A DNA stretch of 55,230 nucleotides, filler included, from Porpidia crustulata (taxonomy: Eukaryota), in assembly GCA_964255105.1 (NCBI GenBank). It is 3 parts of 3 records of this genome, joined end to end, with 100 filler letters (N's around TTAATTAATTAA, not from the genome) between each part and the next. Parts side by side here need not be neighbours in the genome. Positions count along the whole stretch, not along the records: positions 1 to 18,378 come from CAXUWE010000182.1; 2 more parts are not named here. The stretch is one strand, 5' to 3'. Under the pieces are notes generated by a model. The model was not told the origin of the DNA. It was given only the letters and a program-made list of their open reading frames with translations, and searched no databases. Positions 1 through 10,825 of the stretch are shown one piece after another. The translations under genes and the position numbers were made by a program. Numbering within the stretch: position 1 is the stretch's first letter; every line of letters begins with the position of its first letter.

Positions 1-1
1 A

Positions 2-364
2 TATGATAAGACTATCAGACTATGGAACCCAACGACGGGTCAAGAAGTACAAAAGTTCAAAGATGTGGGATATATTAGAACGCTTAATTTTACAAACGAT
101 AATAAGATTCTACTCACCAGTGTTGGACATATAAATATTGGAAAAGATTTTACTCTTATTCGAACTACTGAGTTTTCTCTAAACCAAACGTTGATAATAA
201 AACACAGTTGGATTCGACGAGGTAGTTATAATCTTCTCTGGCTCCCACAGGAGTATCGGAGCGGTTGTTCAGCTCTTCACGACAATACTTTCGCGTTTGG
301 TTTGCACTCAGGCCAAGTCTGTATTGTGAAGCTCGATTATTCTTCTGATATATATTATGACTAA
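2..364 (+). CDS. 3' end of a WD40-repeat protein, HET-E/NACHT-WD (fungal NLR)-like; 5' part lies outside the window
   Basis: Open frame from base 2 reads YDKTIRLWNPTTGQEVQKF (WD40 repeat), then a tail typical of NWD proteins: WIRRGSYNLLWLPQEYRSGCSALHDNTFAFGLHSGQVCIV*. Confidence 0.8.
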   Translation, partial: YDKTIRLWNPTTGQEVQKFKDVGYIRTLNFTNDNKILLTSVGHINIGKDFTLIRTTEFSLNQTLIIKHSWIRRGSYNLLWLPQEYRSGCSALHDNTFAFGLHSGQVCIVKLDYSSDIYYD

Positions 365-370
365 ATTGAA

Positions 371-811
371 TCATATAGTTGACTGTTGTTGATTGCTCAC
401 TCTAAGCATCGATTCATAGCTATCAATAAATGATTTGGAAATGACTCCGGTCTCGTCCATATTATAAACATCTTCGGGCAGAAAAGCCGGGTCTTGTAAT
501 ATTTTTCCAATTACCTCAAACCAGTTTGTGGCCTTGTAATAGATATTATCTTCATGCCGGTTCCAGTCTACCGCCCTCACCCTCCTCGGTTTCAGTTCTG
601 GATGGCGGTTCTCAAGGCCTGAGCCCAGTTCTTCGGCGGAGGCTTGTGCTTTCTCTTCCGATATGGTGAGATACTGTTGGCTTTGGGCCTTTTGTTCTTT
701 CGAGCGTCGACCGTACGCACGATGGTAAAGCGTAGTAAGAGGCACGTCACCCTGTTCTGCTAGGGTAGTATATGTTCTAGGCACGTTAGGAGGCAGACCT
801 TGAACCGGCAC
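371..811 (-). mobile_element. Internally deleted Fot1/pogo-family DDE transposase remnant
   Basis: HTH-like VPLTTLYHRAYGRRSKEQKAQSQQYLTISEEKA, then RHPELK..RAVDWNRH and the first catalytic motif VYNMDETGV, after which similarity stops. Confidence 0.85.
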
Positions 812-968
812 TTGACTGACTCTGTCCTTACCAGATAACGGTAATAACGATGATGGAAGAAGGAAACGATGACTAAGGGAGCAGTAACGCTAGGCAGCCA
901 TGAAAGAGTGGGAGGCCGCGCTATTGCACTAAGTAGCCGCCCATGGATACTTTTAGAAGGCATTCGTG

Positions 969-1289
969 ATGCGCCACACTCTTAATGGATATAGTGACAT
1001 AAACGGTACTGTCTTTAAGAGAGACTTTCCTAGTTTCACAGCTCCGATATGGAACACTCGAAGTTATCGACAAATTCAAGAACAAATATTACCAATGCAA
1101 CAACAAATTCAACAACAAATTCAACCACAAGCTTAATCACAATTTCATTCACTAGTTCAATATTAAATTCAACAACAGCTTAAAGAACAAGTTGAACAAC
1201 AAGTTCAAGAACAAGTTCAATCAAAAATCCAACAACTACTACAAAATATTCAACAACCCCAACGTGGCGGTCAACCCCGCTCTTACTGA
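969..1289 (+). pseudogene. Gln-rich 4-residue-repeat (QQQI/V) ORF broken by two TAA stops
   Basis: Frame 969 reads ...MQQQIQQQIQPQA*SQFHSLVQY*IQQQLKEQVEQQVQEQVQSKIQQLLQNIQQPQ; TAA at 1134 and 1164 fall at Gln positions (CAA>TAA). Confidence 0.45.
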
Positions 1290-2548
1290 TTTGCAAACAT
1301 GGTCCGCAACGCAATTGCGCACAGGCAGGCCATCTTTCAAGACGGTTTGTCCGGGAGAGAGATCAAGTTGTACAACTTCATGACCGTCACCGCTCGCGTT
1401 AATGATATCGACGTAGGGAGCTTAGTAAATACCTTTGAAGTAACGATGAAGGTTGATTTTTTTTTCCCTCCTTATTTTGAGGGCATTAACAATCTTCTTG
1501 GACCAGGTTGGGCCGGCCAGCGGATTTCCACGACTTCAGGAGCTTCTTAACAAATATCAGCTTCAAACTCCGTCTATGAGTACTATAGGTCTCTAAGGTC
1601 AAGATATTATATTCCTAGCTTTTCAGATTAGTCCTGAGAGTGAACTATCAAGATCTATTCACGTCTGCGACTGCTCTTGTGATTGAACATTATAATAGCC
1701 AAGTACAGACTCAATGAGAAGATTGCGTTCTGCTGATATGAGATTCTGATTCCGCCTCCACGTGATCGGCTTTGGCCATGTGAAGATGAGAGTTGCACCT
1801 GGAATCTGCGGGTGTACACAAGACGGAGGCCGACATTTGCGGAAAGAAAGCGGCACAAATAAGGCAAAGAGCGAATAGTTCACACAACTCTATGGCGGCA
1901 TACTTTATGCGGGATGAGATGATTGATAGGGCTCATTGATGAAAACCTGCAATAATGTAAGACTTCATCCCCAACGCCACTATGACATTCCCAGCCCGTC
2001 TACCACTTTGCCTTCCAGAATATTGGTTTCGACAAGGAGTTCTCTATCACTGTAACAAGGCTTCAATCCAAGTCCAAATGCTCTTATCAGCTCACTCTCA
2101 TCCCACAGAAGGGGACGACCGCGTCTCGCGGAATGGCATGGCGCCCGGCTAGGCTCCTGGCATTAATTGTGGCGCAGTATGACGGCAGCTAATAGCAGGT
2201 AACATGAGCGACTAGGGTGTGTATGAACATAAAGTTTGGACGGTGCGCAAACCGGACAACGGTTTCGACGGCGACTGTATCACAGTCAGCCTCATAAGGC
2301 TGCGACAAGAGAAGATGGATCGTAAATAACATAAGAGAAATTACATCCTAAGGTACCTAGGTATAATTGACTGAATCAAAAACCACGAGTTGGGATTCAC
2401 TGAAGATCCTGAATGGGCTCAATGGATATTTCCCGAAATTGTTCACAAGAACGTGTATGAATGGCAGCAACGGCCGTGAGAGACATTAAATGGTACACAG
2501 CGAGATCGACGTGGGAGGGTACAATGAGGGAGGTTTACGAGGACATCA

Positions 2549-3033
2549 TTGGCTACGAGCCGCGCACAGAGCCTCTACAAGGTCGAGGAACACTCCAGAG
2601 GAAGGAGGCGACCGAGAAGGAAAGAACGCCTGGCCAAGCTGTCGGGCGCTGTGAGAACGATCCTAGAATGCGTCGGCGAGGACCCCGATCGAGAGGATCT
2701 GCTTCATACCCTAGAATACTATGCGAAGGCCATGCTCTTCTTCAAAAAGGGTTACGAAGGAAACCTGCGCGTCATCGTGAACGACATCGTGTTCCACGAA
2801 GACCACGATGAGATGGTAATCGTGAAAGACATTGAGTTCTTTTCGCTTTGCGAGCACCACCTCGCGCCATTCTCCGAGAAGATAGGATTGACTACTCTGT
2901 TCCTAGTCTATTGCAGGCTAACAACGTCAGATGCACATCGTCTTCAAGGTCGCTAGAATGGTCGAAATGCTCTCGCGGCGACTTTAAGTCCAGAAATGGC
3001 TCACAAAGCAGATCGCCCTGGCCCTACTGCTAG
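2549..3033 (+). pseudogene. Truncated, degenerate GTP cyclohydrolase I (FOL2-like) copy
   Basis: GAVRTILECVGEDPDRE..YAKAMLFFKKGYE..DEMVIVKDIEFFSLCEHHLAPF; intron donor appears mutated (AAG|ATAGGA); next exon MHI..ARMVEMLSRRL*VQKWLTKQIALA has TAA at 2985 and a deletion; C-terminus missing. Confidence 0.9.
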
Positions 3034-3239
3034 GAACCAGCCTTCAAGCACAGCGTCATATCAAGTGTGGCCGCTTTTCATCACTAATACCTTCAGACGG
3101 AGGAATCGAGACTGGGGACGAGTCGGACAACAGCAGCTACATTACCTTCAATTTCTATCACGTCTGAACTTATCGACCCGCCTTTTTTCACTCTCGACCG
3201 GTCTTGAGAGAGATATAAGTGACAACGGCAGAAGAGAAT

Positions 3240-3607
3240 TCACAGGAGGATGGTCTCGGATAAATGTCGTCTACGAGCGACGGAGATGGAAAGAACAGAT
3301 CATTGACGGAAAAGATTGCAAAGCGAAGGCGCGGGATGTCCCGCAAGTGATATCTCGAGAAAAAATGCGTCGAAATTTCGGGTTCATGGGATACAACGAA
3401 TGGTGTTCTGCCATATCCACATGGTTTGGAAGGAGTGCGAGTAATGCAAGGCGTTTAGGATGCAGCGAAGGCAGGGGCATACGGGCACGCATTGAGGAAA
3501 TGGCATGGCGCTGTGATCAGCTAATCGAATTTGGTGGTATGTCTATTGAATCGGATTGATGGTGACGGCTTCATGTAATCAGCAAACCTCGATGTTTTAC
3601 TCTGGTG
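3240..3607 (+). mobile_element. Tc1/IS630-like transposase 3' remnant with damaged right end (same family as 34864-35141)
   Basis: IRARIEEMAWRCDQLIEFGGMSIESD*W* resembles fungal Tc1-like C-termini; 3479-3598 aligns with 34976-35095. Confidence 0.65.
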
Positions 3608-3626
3608 CTCCTGTGCTCCTGTGCTC

Positions 3627-3685
3627 CACCGGGTGACAAAAGTCACTGGAGTCAGCCTTACCGAGGCCTCACCATACCATTTAAT
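3627..3685 (+). mobile_element. Left terminal inverted repeat of a second copy of the same element
   Basis: caccgggtgacaaaagtcactggagtcagccttaccgaggcctcaccataccattta matches 34864-34922 accagggggtgacaaaagtcagtagactcagccctaccgaggccccaccaaaacattta. Confidence 0.75.
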
Positions 3686-4331
3686 TCAATGTAGTAACTA
3701 ATTTGGAATAGCGCGCTCGGGGATCAAGTCTCACACTGCGTCCTCGCTCCCGCTTCCCTTCCCAAACGATAATCACAAAAGAGAAGCAAACAATCACCAT
3801 CACTCCGCAGATGGCACACGAAACTAAATGGCCGCGTATTATGAATCCCCGTGGGCTGGCGCGCCGAAATGTTCTACAATATTCTCGCATTCGCAACTTC
3901 AAGCGTGGACAGAGAGTTCCCTAGCTATAGCTTGATATTATCTCCATCGAATGATCCCAAAGATAGCTCTGCCTGCATGCATTCATTGCAAATTGTCTGA
4001 TAAAGACAATCCTATGGCGGACGATCATTCGACTTTCAGCTTTTTGAAGTGTGGAGTACTTTTAGCTTCGATGCGACCGATAATTTTTTCAAATATTTGA
4101 TAGCCGGTGGTTATATATGTGTATCGAATGGCTGTTCCTCCACGGCCTTTACGCCCTATTCTATTTGCCTTCTTCGCCTTGCTCGGTCGCCTTCCGGGGA
4201 CTCGCCAGTCCTGTCGTTCCCATGGACAAACGTTCAGCTCCGGCTACTCCTCCACCTTCGCAAGTGATTGCTGGCGGGGTAAGGCTCCCCATCGGCTCAC
4301 CTCTTGCATGAGCTAATCATGGCCCCAACAG

Positions 4332-4976
4332 GTGAGGGTTGATCAAATTACCGAAGCCAGAGTATACGGTAACGGGGTTTTTGTCAAATCTTTGACGCAG
4401 GAGGAGACACTTGAAAAGGGCGAGGATTCCGAGTGGGAGGAAACGGAGGAGGCACTTCAGAGTGATGAAGAGCGGGAAGATGGTGACGAATCCGGCGGTC
4501 TCGCAAGGCCTAATGAGAAGGAGATGTTCCAACGGGTTACTTCAAAGCCGAACCTACGCTCGCTGCTCACCACTTTGATACACGAGAATGGCCGTGCAAC
4601 GGCGCTGCAGAATACAGCTTCGCGTTCCGCTCCAGCAATTCATCGACATCGCACACCAAACAGTCCAGTTAGCTCCTCCCCGCGAAAGAACGTTCTTCAG
4701 GGATTTCCACGGCCGTCCGTTATGACTGCCTCTAGTACTCATCCTCCAGTACCGTCCCTTCGCAGTAACCGAATCAACATGTTTTCTAAGGAGCTGACCG
4801 GGTCTCTACGAAAAGGACTTCTCTGGGAACGGGAGACCCAAAGTTCGACGTTCAATGCCATCAAGCGTAGACACACCAATATAAAAAATCTCCAAAACTA
4901 CCCTATCGAAAACGGGAACTCTTGCAGTTTTCATTGCGACGCTGATCTCCAGGACTATCATCAGAGGGGATGGTAG
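4332..4976 (+). CDS. DUF3295-like C-terminal domain ORF (partial gene copy)
   Basis: FQRVTSKPNL-RSLLTTLIHE..RATALQNTASRSAPA..NMFSKELTGSLRKGLLWERE..KRRHT..DYHQRGW* matches my recollection of the fungal DUF3295 motif series; N-terminal part absent. Confidence 0.7.
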   Translation: MRVDQITEARVYGNGVFVKSLTQEETLEKGEDSEWEETEEALQSDEEREDGDESGGLARPNEKEMFQRVTSKPNLRSLLTTLIHENGRATALQNTASRSAPAIHRHRTPNSPVSSSPRKNVLQGFPRPSVMTASSTHPPVPSLRSNRINMFSKELTGSLRKGLLWERETQSSTFNAIKRRHTNIKNLQNYPIENGNSCSFHCDADLQDYHQRGW

Positions 4977-5253
4977 ATTGGCTGATGAAAGTACATAGCT
5001 GGCTTATCACTGCCATTGCGACATTTGAATGGAATGGCTTACAGCGTTTGCATCTCGTTTGTGAGGCGTGGCCATTTTTATGCGGGTCCTCTCCACAGTG
5101 TCCGCAGCGCCATTGTGTATAGGATAAAGGTGACGTTGGTGAACCACTTACTCGGCTACCAACGCTTAAAGGTTGGTCTGAAAGGTTACCACTCAAGAAG
5201 ACATTAAGAGCGCTGTCGTACGCGGGATCAAGAGGCTAAGATCAGCCATGACC

Positions 5254-5303
5254 CTTGCGACAGGGATCATTTGCAACTCATCGTAAATGATCCCTGTCGT
5301 AAG
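5254..5303. repeat. 21-bp inverted repeat / hairpin with 8-nt loop
   Basis: cttgcgacagggatcatttgc (5254-5274) vs gtaaatgatccctgtcgtaag (5283-5303); 19/21 Watson-Crick pairs, both mismatches G-T. Confidence 0.85.
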
Positions 5304-5550
5304 TCTTCAATATCCATATTCACGATGCACCGTATATCTCTCCACTCTGAGTCCCGGTTTGTCCATCTAGCGCGCCATATCTTCCCACTTCACCGATTAG
5401 TATTGCTCTATCAGGGCAGAGGTAAATGAACTTGAGTCAATCCTGTGGACGTAATACGAGGAGGTCAGCGCCCTTCGTCTCTGATCGTACTGATATCTAA
5501 AGTCTCCAGATTTAGATTTACGAAAAGGAGAGGGGCGATGCTACTATATC

Positions 5551-6563
5551 ATGCATCTGCACACAGTTTTTTATATAGATATTTCCCTATCTTGTTGCCT
5601 CGTTTGCCTTGTGGAACCATCTACTGCAGTTCCCTCTGCCTTGTCTGCCTTCCTCGCCTTGTTTACCACGCTCAGCCTTGTCTCCTGCAGTCTCACCTGC
5701 ATGCTTACACTGCCTCCCTTTCTTATTATGAAAAGAGTCTCACCGAAAGTCCATCTTACTATTCTCGCTTGTGTTCTCGTTGTTTCTCTTCTATCACTCC
5801 CTCTTCTGCGTCGGCGATCAATTCGCTTGCACCCGATCCTTGGGCTTTTCTGTCGACCACAAACATGGATCATGATGTTGAAGCTCATATTTGACTTCTC
5901 GCTGGTCATTCTACATGCCCTGGACATTTCAAAGGTGATTCTGCTGAATAAAGGTAAGTCAAGGCTTGTTTGAATTCTGGACATGTAATTTTTAATGACT
6001 TAATCAAATAGGAACACAGCTTTGGCTGACGCTCGACCTCCTTCTTTACTGCTCCATCACATGCGTAACAAGTGTAGAGGTACGTCTTTCCTGGAACGAA
6101 TACATCAAATCAAAGGCTCATTATTGATGATAGTTCCTATATCTGTGGAATGCATTCGAAGGGGTTTCCGGAAATGGTCTCGGATGGTTCTGGCGTCGTA
6201 TTGGTCCTGTTGCCACCTCCACCCTTGCCCTTCTGAAGTTTCTGCCTTTAATTGAGTACGGTCATGCCACTTTCTGTAGGACTCGTCTCTGCTAATCTGA
6301 ACTGCAGCTTGCATAACGAGGTGTTACATCTCTACACGATTTTCGGGGCAAGCTTTCTGGACTTTTCGCTTTTCAGTTTGATTTACTGGCGGATCTTGAT
6401 CGATCTTCACAATGATAGGAAATGGAGATCTAGTCTTGCTGTATGCTTACTGTACTGTTCTGCAGTCGCCCTCTCGGCATTGATATCGTTAGTGGAAGGG
6501 TGGAAGGTGCCATGGATTCGAGGTATACTTCCTAAGGTCAGTAAGAAAGAAAGTCCGAGGTGA
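5551..6563 (+). CDS. Putative multi-exon, multi-pass membrane protein (possibly frameshifted)
   Basis: Several hydrophobic stretches in 5551-5952 and 6252-6563; canonical introns gtaagt..tag (5953-6011) and gtacgt..tag (ending 6133). Confidence 0.35.
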
Positions 6564-7124
6564 AGGACGGTACTAATTGAAAGGACAGATCTTTCTGTTG
6601 CTCATCACCATACAGTTTTCAGTACGTAGCATTTACGTTGAGACAACCTTCGCTGTTCAAGCTCGTAAGGAGAGTTGTAAAAGAATACTGGACGAAGCCT
6701 CAGACGAATCAGCGGGTATTCTTAATCGTGACACTGGTTCGAATTGCAGAAGACCATCTACTACACCAACAGCCAGGAAACAGTTGACCATTGACACGGT
6801 CAACCCTGCGGAGCTTTACGCGTGGAGTCAGATGACAGAAGAGGGAGTGGTAGGCAAAGGAAAGATGATTCGTACGGATTCTAAGGTCGAAAATGGCTGC
6901 GTGGAAGGGAACATCAACAGTCATTTCGGTAAGTTTTCAATTGCTCTCCGTCACGGCCGCCGTTGTTGCTACTTACTCTTCATGGTTGAAATTTTTACTG
7001 GAATTCCCGTTCTAACGTTTATGTTGCAGCTCACATCACCTCCAAAGAGTCCTCTCCTTCCAGCAATCCTCAAAGATCCTCATTCAGCTCCCACACGTCG
7101 CCACCGCTGGGCTGGCTCCCTAGC

Positions 7125-7577
7125 ATGGCGGGGCTCACCCTATCCGAATTCTCTAAGGGTGAAGACTTCGAAACAATAATCATATTGCTGGAGACGGAGT
7201 GGAGCGATGTAACCAAGCGCGTTAGTGTCATCTGGTTGAAGCATGTGATAAAGGAGATAACGGATTTTGTCAAAGATCTTTTTTCCCAGGGTAAAGACTT
7301 GGACTCGACACGTACATCGCTGGAGGGCAAATGGCCCCATCTGACCGACTACATCGACGTCAGCTGGTTGCAGCGTGTAGCGGAGGAGGTAGCAGCAGAG
7401 GATTTCGCCAAATGTCATTTTGCCCAATGGAAAGACTTGGAAGAGATACGCATGTTGCTGCAGAACAAATGGCCCCATCTGACTGACTCCTTCGGTTTAA
7501 GCTGGTTGGAGCATTTGACAGAGGGGGTGGTTGTTGTCGACAGCGATCTAGTATCAAATTCAGTGTTGGCGTTGTGA
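7125..7577 (+). CDS. Orphan protein built from three ~45-aa repeats
   Basis: F..G.D......LE..W..(L/V)T..(I/V)..(S/I)WL..V pattern x3; DNA repeat aaatggccccatctgac at ~7329 and ~7467. Confidence 0.55.
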   Translation: MAGLTLSEFSKGEDFETIIILLETEWSDVTKRVSVIWLKHVIKEITDFVKDLFSQGKDLDSTRTSLEGKWPHLTDYIDVSWLQRVAEEVAAEDFAKCHFAQWKDLEEIRMLLQNKWPHLTDSFGLSWLEHLTEGVVVVDSDLVSNSVLAL

Positions 7578-8076
7578 GCTCAAAACGGAAGTTTCGGGCA
7601 TCACCAAGTGCTGTAAGTACTTTAACCAAGGGAGCGGGAGATGAGACTAGATCACCCAACGTGAGGAGACCACAAAAGTGCCCAATGTGAATGTTATTAT
7701 TTCGCTAGTAATTAGCGAATCAATGATCTTCCAGGGTTAGACGCCGGCTTATACTGTAACCGGGGATATTCGTGCAGGAAAGCATTCAAAGCTCCATTGC
7801 CCCCACACAATTCATGATCAGTCCACCAAAGACCAAGATGAGCAAGCTCAGAACAAGAAATTCTCTTCAGATAGAGGTCTGAGAGATACAGATTAGGGAA
7901 GCACACGATAAGTGGACCATTGTCCTTTTGCGTGATATCAGCTTACGTTCTAGCACTATCTCCATTTTGCTTTCATTGACCAGAGTGCATAGGTCCATGG
8001 GACAGAAATTCGGGCATTGGAGAAGGAGGCTCTTGTATCTGATTCAGTCACGGAAGTCCCCTATCGAGTAAAGCAC

Positions 8077-8367
8077 CTACCACAACAATCGCCGTGTCGT
8101 ACCCTTTCCGACAACTTCGTCAAAACATCGATCGGTGTGTTCCTTCGAGTGGAACCTGACCATCACAGTCTGCATTGTCCACACTGCGTAATATACAGAC
8201 CCAAATTGAGAGACAAAGTTGAAGAATTCAAATGGCTGGATTCCTGAAGATCGAATCATCAAGATCCTGCTGGACGTCGTTGGCTGAGTACAAAGATCTG
8301 GCAAAATATACTCCTCCGGTCGAAATGGCGCTTCCCAAGCCTCTACTGACCAAGATGTGAGACACAC
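8077..8367 (-). CDS. Possible degenerate RRM-like domain fragment
   Basis: RILMIRSSGIQPFEFFNFVSQFGSVYYAVWTMQTVMVRFHSKEHTDRCFDEV follows RRM secondary-structure spacing. Confidence 0.3.
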   Translation of the reverse strand: MCLTSWSVEAWEAPFRPEEYILPDLCTQPTTSSRILMIRSSGIQPFEFFNFVSQFGSVYYAVWTMQTVMVRFHSKEHTDRCFDEVVGKGTTRRLLW

Positions 8368-9276
8368 GTGTGTGCCGGTGGTTATCCATCGATACTCGAC
8401 TTGTAGTCAAGCTGAGATGGCACCTGCACCTTTGTTACTATTACTGCCCAAAAAACGTCATTACTGACTTACTATCGGTCGTTTCCATTGCACCGTGAAT
8501 ATTCAGCAGACGAGCAGGCGAGTCGTGAGATTGTCCGAATGAATTTGTAGGAGAAGATTGAACGAAATACCCTGTGTCATTGTATATAAGCCAGTTCCAA
8601 TAAATACGCTTTATCCGGGCCGTCTTTTCATCACGAGTCTCCTTTGCCCAAAATAGGAAAGGATCTCTAAAGTCGGGGATGGAGGTGACCAACTCTTTCG
8701 GTCTATGCTTCATCAATTATCGTTGCCTTGGAACAAGAAACCGGATTTGGAATCTGGGGTGGAGATTTTGCTCTCGGACGGCCTACGCCAAAGCTCAAAG
8801 CTGGATTCCCTTGTAATCTTGCACATCGTGCGTTACACTATTGCGATAGGGCAGATCTCCAAATTACACCTTATCGACCCTTTCCCGACACTAACTGAAC
8901 TTCTTCGACCACTTGCCAAGGTCCTTTCTGAATCCTTGCGAGTACCTGTCAAAGCAGATGATTCCTGTTGCCCTCAATACAGTTTTACGCAACGTGGTAT
9001 CACAAGTGAAAGAGATTATGAGTTTGGAACCTAAGGGCTTTCCACGACAAATCGTTTACTTATTGCTCGAAATTTCCGGTGGCCTTCGCAAAAATAAAGC
9101 CCTACCTTACCACAATATCCCGAGAAAAAAGATGGGCCAAATTCTGGTCGAGTCTCTGGAAAAGCATCAAGGAGAGACAGGGCCAGTGGAATTCAGCACC
9201 GGCTGTGAAAGTGAAATACTATCTTTGAAGACTACCATCAAGGAGACGCCATACACTCATTATTTCAATTTTCAGC

Positions 9277-9563
9277 ATGTCTAAACCACTGAACCCCGAG
9301 AGAGCTCATCTGGATTAATTGATTGCGGAGGAAAGACTGCTTTGGAAATCGAAGGTAGGAGATGGACTATCCTGGGAACAGACTGCTACAGTGTTCGAGG
9401 AGAATTTCCATCGAGCATTCGGTTTACCAGGTTTAAATCGGCGTTTCAACAGACTCAAGGAGACAAAAGCACAGATGGCCGGGGTAGATCTTACGCTCTT
9501 GGCTTCTTCGTGCTAACTATTGAATAGTGGCAGTCTCAAAAGAAAACCCAAAGCTGAATACTA
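9277..9563 (+). pseudogene. Myb/SANT-like small DNA-binding protein with in-frame TAA
   Basis: MSKPLNPERAHLD*LIAEERLLWKSKVGDGLSWEQTATVFEENFHRAFGLPGLNRRFNRLKE; TAA at 9316; probable terminal intron. Confidence 0.55.
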
Positions 9564-10327
9564 AAGCTTCAATGTAGTCTTGCTTACTTCCGGCCTAGAC
9601 GTAGCGCAGAAGTAAGGTAAAAGGGAGGAGATGGGAACACGGCGGCGTTGGGAAATCTACTCTGGATGGAATTAGGACTGGAGAAGATTTGTGGCGTCGA
9701 GAGGACAACCTTGTAATTCAACAGTCAATCATTACTTTACATTGAAACGGGGATAGCGCTCGAGCAATCTTGTACCGTAACCAGGGATATTCGTGCAGGG
9801 AAAGATGATAGTAGCAATGATCAGCAAGTCGGCCAAGCGTCCTTGAATCTGACCTACTAAGAAAGAGATGGAATTTTTTGATTTCTCGCTGACGTGGCTA
9901 GAGGTGTGAGACTCTATTCATGTTGACGTCCCGACTTTAAGTTGCATCGGAGCTTCTTGAACACCACTCTGACCATGAACATAAAAAACAAGACCCTAGC
10001 CTGAACAACAGCGAAACTGGTCGGGGAAAACGTTCTACTGCTGCTTCCAGACATTCAAGTGAGCCATACATTACCAAGCATTCCTTCTCTCGTAATTTTA
10101 CGATTGTCTATTGGGAGACTCTTATTTATCGTCTCAGCTTACCTCTTGCCCGTGAGAGTTCGTTCTGCACTATTTGGAGGACCGGAGGATTGGGTCCTAA
10201 AAGCTCTAGGTGACTACCGCGACATCGATCCTGACTAGTTCTTATTGACTTAGTATGTGTGAAGGCAAGTACCAAAATAATCTTGCTAAGAGACGAAAGC
10301 ATCGACAACAGCCAAAAATTCGCCGCC

Positions 10328-10747
10328 ATGTCCGAACTTGAGATTCCCAAAAATACCCCACGGAAACGCACAAGTACGGATGCTATTAGGAAAGGCGGAG
10401 AGAGTCGCAAGAGAGCCTGTGGGACGGCAAAGAAAAGGGCCACACACGACGACGTGTCGGAAGATGAGGCAGTTGCGAGGGAATCATTTATGTATCATCA
10501 AAACGCTAAGAGAAGGACAGAAGAGGAGAAAAGGTTTGTCGAAAGAAAGCCACGCCAGAGGGTGCGACGACTTTCATGCGACCAGGAGTGCTGCAATTGT
10601 AGAGATAAGAACAGGTTTCGTATTAATGGAGTCTGCGGCTCATGTGGGCATCGGCGGTGTGCCGAGTGCTTGATACGGCAATTGGAGACAACAGACAACA
10701 GGATAGGGGAGAGGACAAGCAGCGACGGAAATATGGACAAGGCTTGA
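10328..10747 (+). CDS. Small basic protein with a Cys-pair zinc-ribbon-like motif
   Basis: ATG in gccgccATG context; Lys/Arg-rich N-half; ECCNC-x10-CGSCGHRRCAEC. Confidence 0.55.
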   Translation: MSELEIPKNTPRKRTSTDAIRKGGESRKRACGTAKKRATHDDVSEDEAVARESFMYHQNAKRRTEEEKRFVERKPRQRVRRLSCDQECCNCRDKNRFRINGVCGSCGHRRCAECLIRQLETTDNRIGERTSSDGNMDKA

Positions 10748-10825
10748 TTGTGAAGTGATGAAGTCTAAATCGTACATAAATGATGGCTGGGAAGATAACA
10801 ATTAATCAAGGGAGTGGTACAACGA

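Noticed and set aside
1192..1383. Asn-rich prion-like ORF
   Set aside because: Probably the wrong frame of the Gln-rich repeat.
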